IMG/VR virus record: IMGVR_UViG_3300022670_000151
Location: 1 to 38,349 of that record
Reading direction: 5' to 3' (one strand)
Source: a virus
Taxonomy: Duplodnaviria; Caudoviricetes
DNA length: 38,349 nucleotides
The notes under the pieces are model-generated. The model searched no databases. It was not told the DNA's origin and saw only the letters and a list, made by a program, of their open reading frames with translations. Below, in pieces: positions 33,833 to 38,349 of the stretch. Positions within the stretch are counted from its first letter, which is position 1; every line of letters begins with the position of its first letter. A program made the position numbers and the translations under genes.

Positions 33833-34044
33833 TTTAGACTCCTCCCGTTGAAAATTCTTCGCATCACATACCCGCGCGCCAAACTTGCGACGGTGTAAAG
33901 TATGGTCATTTCAAACGCTTGCTTGTATGAAGGCTCAAAGCCCCACACCGGCAAGACATAAACCGTCAGGATATAAGACACCACGAACCCCACAAAGGTA
34001 CTTGATGCCGTTTCTATTGCGCTATTCTTTCGTGACTGGGTCAA
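33829..34044 (-). CDS. Small two-TM phage membrane protein (QSR..S..E family)
   Basis: TTG start at 34044 after GAAGGA; S..RGY..RR.FN C-terminal motif. Confidence 0.7.
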   Translation of the reverse strand: MTQSRKNSAIETASSTFVGFVVSYILTVYVLPVWGFEPSYKQAFEMTILYTVASLARGYVMRRIFNGRSLK

Positions 34045-34801
34045 AATTAAATCCTTCCATTGTTTCCTTTTTTGGTTCTTCAATAAATAAATCAGGCTGC
34101 TTGTAAGCTTCTTCAATCCGTTTACAGGCTATGTCGAAATACTTTTCCTTTTGTTCAATGCCAATAAACCTCCGTCCCATTTGGGCACAAGCGACGCCCG
34201 TGCTTGCCGATCCCATAAATGGATCTAAAATTAGTTCGCCGGGATTAGAAAATAGGCGGACAAGTTCTTTCATTAATCGGATGGGCTTTTGTGTGGTGTG
34301 GACTGGCTTTTTGCCTTCACCTTTAGGGATATTAAATGTTCCATGCCTGCCGCCACCGTTCCACTTAGACCGACCACCACCTGACCAAGCCGCGACCATG
34401 CTTTCGTATCCCATACCCGGCCCGTCACCGTTGAACTTTGGCATTCCGTCAGGCTTAATCCAAACCATAGGGGATTTATATTTCATCCCGGCAGCTTCGA
34501 TACAATCACGCCACGGAGCCACACCTTCGGCCTGACAAAACGCTATGAACCAGCCTTTAAGTTTGATTTCTACTAGGTCACACACGTTTTGACGTATTTC
34601 TGGGGTCATCATATCAAAATCAAGGGCACCAGCGACTAGACCGTCTTTTTTTTGGACGCTGCGATCCTTTCGGTGGGCTTCTTTTTCATAGGGCGGGTCC
34701 ATTAAGCAAACGTCGATGTCTTCTAGCGTCGGTATGATTTCTTGACATTCCCCTAAATAAAGGACGCAATCGCCGATTATTTGTTTTTGTTGGTGGGTCA
34801 C
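34022..34801 (-). CDS. Orphan DNA N6-adenine/N4-cytosine methyltransferase (beta class)
   Basis: DPPY (motif IV) precedes H.TQKP and LDPFMGS.STG (motif I), FIGIE. Confidence 0.92.
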   Translation of the reverse strand: MTHQQKQIIGDCVLYLGECQEIIPTLEDIDVCLMDPPYEKEAHRKDRSVQKKDGLVAGALDFDMMTPEIRQNVCDLVEIKLKGWFIAFCQAEGVAPWRDCIEAAGMKYKSPMVWIKPDGMPKFNGDGPGMGYESMVAAWSGGGRSKWNGGGRHGTFNIPKGEGKKPVHTTQKPIRLMKELVRLFSNPGELILDPFMGSASTGVACAQMGRRFIGIEQKEKYFDIACKRIEEAYKQPDLFIEEPKKETMEGFNFDPVTKE

Positions 34802-34989
34802 ATAAAATCCTTTCTATGAAATGTGTGGTCAGTGTCAGACATAATTAATATTTGTTTATTAGGATTTTGTTTAAAATACAGAGTAATCCTTCTTTTCATT
34901 ACTAAAGCCCATTGCCTTTTATCTTTCGCGGCTTGGATTTTTTCAGGGAGTTTTGATTTATTCCATCTATAAAAATATGGTTCCTTCAT
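34798..34989 (-). CDS. Hypothetical protein
   Basis: ATGA overlaps at both ends. Confidence 0.65.
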   Translation of the reverse strand: MKEPYFYRWNKSKLPEKIQAAKDKRQWALVMKRRITLYFKQNPNKQILIMSDTDHTFHRKDFM

Positions 34990-35525
34990 AACAACATACC
35001 TCGCTTACTTTTCCCCGTCAGGGTGATTACCGTCATATTTTGTCGCAACCGATCAGCAACAGCTGGGCCCAACAAATTCATAATTGTTTCTTCGTCCGCA
35101 TTCCCAAGCAAAACCAAAGGCATTAAGTTTTCATACCGATAATTAATGATATCAAAAAACCTTGATTTCTCTGCGCGCGTTTCAAATGAACGGGTGATTT
35201 CGTCAACAATTAAAACAGGGTTCTTGTTGAAATGGCTGGCGTTCTTATCAGCCATAACCCGCTGGCTCATAGCGTAGGCCGTGGTACAAATTGCGTTCCG
35301 TGTTTTGCACACCTCTTTCGCAATCGCTGCAGCCATGTGGCTTTTGCCCGTGCCAATACTTCCCACAATCAACAGACAGCCCCAGCCATCGGCCTTAATG
35401 AATTCTTGCACCGCTTCGACGATATCGTCTTCGAAGTCGTCAAGCACAGCCAGTTTAAAACGTTTGGGCACTTCCGAATGTACCATTCTTAATTTTGACC
35501 ATTCTTCGGGTGTATTAGGCATCAC
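34986..35525 (-). CDS. DnaC/IstB-like AAA+ helicase loader
   Basis: Walker A GSIGTGKSH, Walker B LIVDE, IINYRYE, DRL; follows initiator. Confidence 0.88.
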   Translation of the reverse strand: MMPNTPEEWSKLRMVHSEVPKRFKLAVLDDFEDDIVEAVQEFIKADGWGCLLIVGSIGTGKSHMAAAIAKEVCKTRNAICTTAYAMSQRVMADKNASHFNKNPVLIVDEITRSFETRAEKSRFFDIINYRYENLMPLVLLGNADEETIMNLLGPAVADRLRQNMTVITLTGKSKRGMLL

Positions 35526-36268
35526 GTTCTCCTCTTCGGTTTCTTGATTGTTACTTTTACTTGGTCCGTATCTTCCCCGCCAAAATCAAAAGACCTTTCC
35601 ATGTGCCTTGATTGGTCTGGGGCTTTATTAAATTTCACCGCGTTACAATACCAAGTCCTCCAGCCAGCTTCCCAATCAACATAAGTGACACCCTTGGCCC
35701 CTCGATCAGTTATGAATTCGTCCGCTATGTCCGACGCCAAGGGAATTAAATCTAATCGACCTTTGGACTTCCAATATTCCCTTGCATTATCAAGGTTAGG
35801 ATTGAAGTCTTTTGGTCTTTGAGTTTTCCTAGTTTTTTTAACGGCTCTTATATTACTATCTTGTTTAACTTGTTTACTTTGTTTAGATGTGGTCGCTTCT
35901 TGGTCGCTGTCAGGTTGGGTTGTGGGGTTTTGTTGGTCAAAATTTTGGTAATCTTCATAGTTAGTTATTGATATTATTGTATATTTATTGGTTTTTTGCT
36001 GGCTAATTTGCTTTTCCTTTTCAAGAATTTTTATAATTCTCCTTAATTTTGATACAGAAACCCGACTTCTTTCTGAGAAGGATTCGCGGCCATAAATCAA
36101 CTGCCCTCGTTCAATAGTGAGGGGGATACCATTGAACATTATTGTCTTACTTTTATAGTTAGCCTCTAGAAGTAATCTAACCCACACAGAGAGGAAGTTT
36201 GGGTCTTGGGAACACCAATGATCCAAAATAGACCTGTCTAATGTTATGAAGCCTTTATTTTCACTCAT
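35522..36268 (-). CDS. Replication initiator / replisome organiser
   Basis: G.I.L.R.I..HW, LLL.AN, I.RGQ...G...S winged HTH, TIISI.NY..YQ; C-terminal DW.A.WRTW..N. Confidence 0.85.
   Translation of the reverse strand: MSENKGFITLDRSILDHWCSQDPNFLSVWVRLLLEANYKSKTIMFNGIPLTIERGQLIYGRESFSERSRVSVSKLRRIIKILEKEKQISQQKTNKYTIISITNYEDYQNFDQQNPTTQPDSDQEATTSKQSKQVKQDSNIRAVKKTRKTQRPKDFNPNLDNAREYWKSKGRLDLIPLASDIADEFITDRGAKGVTYVDWEAGWRTWYCNAVKFNKAPDQSRHMERSFDFGGEDTDQVKVTIKKPKRRT
35861..36010. other. Candidate replication origin inside initiator gene
   Basis: TTGTTTA x3 at 9-bp period (35861, 35870, 35879); TGGTCGCT x2 (35890, 35901); AT-rich flank. Confidence 0.45.
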
Positions 36269-36687
36269 AAATTTTTCAATCTCTTATTAATAATCTTATT
36301 AACATCAATCATCATTCCATGAGGGTCTAAGGCAAAAGCTTTTTTAAATCTGACTTTAAAAATTCTGAGGGCTTCATCAAGTGAATCATCAATTGTTATC
36401 GTTGGGGCATGAAAATTAATATCAGAGGCATCAATGTCTTCTAATTTTAATTTGTCTGTCTCAATCAAACCGGCTATCTTTTTATAAGCATGTGAAGCGG
36501 TTGAATGGTCCCTATCAAAAATTTCACCAATTTCTTTAAAACTGATTTCAAGTTTAATTCTTAATATGAACATTCCAATATGTCTGACTTCGACAATGTT
36601 AGGCTTCCTTGTTTTTGACCTTAAAACACGCCTTGAAATTCCATATTTGCTGTATAGATAATCAAATATTGCTTGTGTGTTTTTCAT
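36265..36687 (-). CDS. DnaA C-terminal (domain IV) DNA-binding protein
   Basis: L.S..R...IV..R.I.M...R.....S..EIG..F.RDHST..HA.KKI. Confidence 0.85.
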   Translation of the reverse strand: MKNTQAIFDYLYSKYGISRRVLRSKTRKPNIVEVRHIGMFILRIKLEISFKEIGEIFDRDHSTASHAYKKIAGLIETDKLKLEDIDASDINFHAPTITIDDSLDEALRIFKVRFKKAFALDPHGMMIDVNKIINKRLKNL

Positions 36688-36717
36688 AATATTTACAACC
36701 TCTTCAAGGTCATAAGA

Positions 36718-37260
36718 TTAAAGTTTGTGTCTTCCATCGCCGGGCTTTCCTTCACCTTTACATGTTTCTGGTATACCTAGAACGTCCCATCCCGGCACGC
36801 CTTCCCTTATCGCAGCATAATGAAGAACGGCTAAAGCGTCGGCTGTGTTGTCGTCTTCGGGCACCCATCCAAAAGTTTTGCACATATTCATTATGTGGTG
36901 TTTTTTAGCGTGTCCGTTACCCGTAAAGCTTTTTTTAATTGTGCTGACCACGGGCCTATGAATTCTTAATATTTTTCTTTTCTTCGCTACAAATTCAGTG
37001 TGTGCGGCTATACCGATCAACTTCAAAGCGGAGTGAATATTGGGTCTGGACGCTATGATCGGGCATTCGTAATAAATGCAGTTAGGTTTATGAACGGTTA
37101 TCATGTCGTTGAGCCATTCGTCATAAGCAAAAATGAAGTCGCCCAAGCTTGAACCTTCAATCCCTATCTTATGGGTACCATAGTTGGGCCTAGCGTCAGG
37201 ACGGGCGAGTGTGGCCCATCCTGCTTTGTTCGCTAGGTCAAGGGCCATTAAACCCGCCAT
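36718..37260 (-). CDS. RuvC-like Holliday junction resolvase
   Basis: ALDL...GWA, YE.P, KK..TG.G.A.K, DDN.ADAL.V acidic motifs. Confidence 0.85.
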   Translation of the reverse strand: MAGLMALDLANKAGWATLARPDARPNYGTHKIGIEGSSLGDFIFAYDEWLNDMITVHKPNCIYYECPIIASRPNIHSALKLIGIAAHTEFVAKKRKILRIHRPVVSTIKKSFTGNGHAKKHHIMNMCKTFGWVPEDDNTADALAVLHYAAIREGVPGWDVLGIPETCKGEGKPGDGRHKL

Positions 37261-37598
37261 TATTCGTCGCCGCCTTCTTCCGCAGCTACTGGCTCGCCTT
37301 TTTCATCGAACAGGCCAAGTTGAAGACCAAGTTTTAAAATATGACGATAGCTATCAAAAGCGATTAGGAATTCTTCGCGCTTCTTTTCATCCATGTTATT
37401 CAACTTACGAATAAGCTTCATGGCCTCGCCGTGCATTCCGTATGCTTGTTTAAATTCTTTATACATACGAGCAATTGACATACTAGCCTCGCCCTGCTTC
37501 TTAGCTTTGGCGTCAACGTCCGTGATAAAATTCCTTAAAACGGATTCGTCAATTGCAGTGATATTAGTTTTTACGTCAGTCTTCTTCTTACTAACCAT
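37260..37598 (-). CDS. GapR-like (DUF2312) nucleoid-associated protein, divergent
   Basis: LR.FI..., I..MYKE.K...G....MK.IRKL..MD...R.E....FD.Y..IL.L, QL.LF tail. Confidence 0.65.
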   Translation of the reverse strand: MVSKKKTDVKTNITAIDESVLRNFITDVDAKAKKQGEASMSIARMYKEFKQAYGMHGEAMKLIRKLNNMDEKKREEFLIAFDSYRHILKLGLQLGLFDEKGEPVAAEEGGDE

Positions 37599-37624
37599 GA
37601 TATTTCCTTAATATAAAATTGAAG

Positions 37625-37858
37625 TTATTCTAAGCCGTCCATGTTTGGCAGCTGTTCATAATTGAAGTTGTATTCTTGCGGACAAGAAACGCCTTCTTTT
37701 AGGTGGGTGAAGACCCTATCAAAAGTATGTGGGTCTGATACGTTGGGCAGTACTTTAGAAACCCGCTCCGCTATAATCAAAGCTAGGGCACGGGCTTTTT
37801 TGGGTTTGGTTTCTAAAATATATTTCCAAACCCTCATGTTTGTTTCTTGGTCAGACAT
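37625..37858 (-). CDS. Hypothetical protein
   Basis: GGAAGGA RBS; second gene of operon. Confidence 0.7.
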   Translation of the reverse strand: MSDQETNMRVWKYILETKPKKARALALIIAERVSKVLPNVSDPHTFDRVFTHLKEGVSCPQEYNFNYEQLPNMDGLE

Positions 37859-37869
37859 TGTTTTCCTTC

Positions 37870-38052
37870 CTACTCAATATTTAAAGCGTCATGAACTTTT
37901 TTAACTGTCTTTCCAATAAAACTACTGAAATCAAAGTCATCGTTTTCCATGTTCGCAATTGTTTGTCTGCTAACGCCTGCCTCTTTTGCTAGCTTATCTT
38001 GAGACCAGTTTACTCTTGCACGTTCTGCTCTGATTTCGGATTGTTTAGACAT
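37870..38052 (-). CDS. Cro-like XRE HTH regulator
   Basis: IRAERARVNWSQDKLAKEAGVSRQTIANMEN; AAAGGA RBS before ATG 38052; first gene of replication operon. Confidence 0.88.
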   Translation of the reverse strand: MSKQSEIRAERARVNWSQDKLAKEAGVSRQTIANMENDDFDFSSFIGKTVKKVHDALNIE

Positions 38053-38078
38053 TTTGTAAATTCCTTTGTTGTTTTCGC

Positions 38079-38119
38079 TTGACACTTTATTTTTTATGCG
38101 TATATTCGAAATATGTCAA
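38079..38119. promoter_or_regulatory. Overlapping divergent sigma70 promoters
   Basis: + strand TTGACA 38079-38084, N16, TATATT 38101-38106; - strand TTGACA 38119-38114, N17, TAAAAA; palindrome ATATT-cga-AATAT 38102-38114. Confidence 0.7.
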
Positions 38120-38158
38120 CAACACTTTTAACGATTGAAAATTAAGAAGGATTATAAA

Positions 38159-38349
38159 ATGCACAGTTCTAGAAAAGTCTTTGTCCTGAATAAAGACATT
38201 TTATGTGTCAAAACAACCTACGATGCTCACGAAGGGGCGGACCAAAAAGAATATAAAACATTCGACACCACCTTAGAGGTAGGCGGTCTTGTTTTGGTCC
38301 CCACAGGAACTCGTCACAAATTCACTGTTGTAAAAATCGCAGCCATTAA
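38159..38349 (+). CDS. N-terminal part of first early gene (runs off the window end)
   Basis: GAAGGA RBS; MHSSRKVFVLNKDILCVKTTY...YKTFD..L.VG.LV.VPT.TRHKFTVVKI with no stop. Confidence 0.75.
   Translation, partial: MHSSRKVFVLNKDILCVKTTYDAHEGADQKEYKTFDTTLEVGGLVLVPTGTRHKFTVVKIAAI

Larger units (their letters stand above)
1..38349. mobile_element. Near-complete P22/Sf6-like podovirus genome (probable alphaproteobacterial host)
   Basis: Gene order TerS-TerL-portal-scaffold-coat-gp4-gp10-ejection proteins-tail fibre-lysis; replication and recombination modules present; no host housekeeping genes; the two window ends look like halves of one ORF. Confidence 0.93.

Noticed and set aside
34022-34801. 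Restriction-modification system
   Set aside because: No adjacent restriction endonuclease; orphan methyltransferases are common in phages

Overview
The window is a near-complete genome of a P22/Sf6-like podovirus, linearised inside an early gene. Its host is probably an alphaproteobacterium, judged from the alphaproteobacterial-type LexA DNA-binding domain, XRE regulator and GapR-like gene. There are four transcription blocks. (1) A + strand early operon (38159 to end, continuing 1-10934) with RecE/RecT recombination genes, regulators, a 675-aa + 127-aa gene pair, an SPFH-like protein, a 27-bp tandem-repeat gene and a HAD nucleotidase. (2) A - strand replication/nin-like operon (38052-32543): Cro-like HTH, GapR-like, RuvC-like, DnaA C-terminal domain, initiator, DnaC-like ATPase, DNA methyltransferase, a minimal protein kinase and a RelE-like protein. 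(3) A + strand accessory cassette (30464-32522) ending in an HTH gene. (4) A - strand late operon (30303-10984): TerS, TerL, portal, scaffold, coat, gp4- and gp10-like tail proteins, four ejection proteins, tail fibre and lysis genes. I saw no integrase, CI-type repressor, tRNA or CRISPR array. The most striking observation is that the four ejection proteins (about 1,755 aa) contain only 1 Tyr, 1 Trp and no Cys, with very little Met or His. Also notable are a free-standing copy of the tail-fibre head-binding domain in the accessory cassette, a translationally coupled mini-kinase/RelE-like pair, and a structured non-coding segment at 227-390. All family assignments come from motif recognition by eye, not from database searches.
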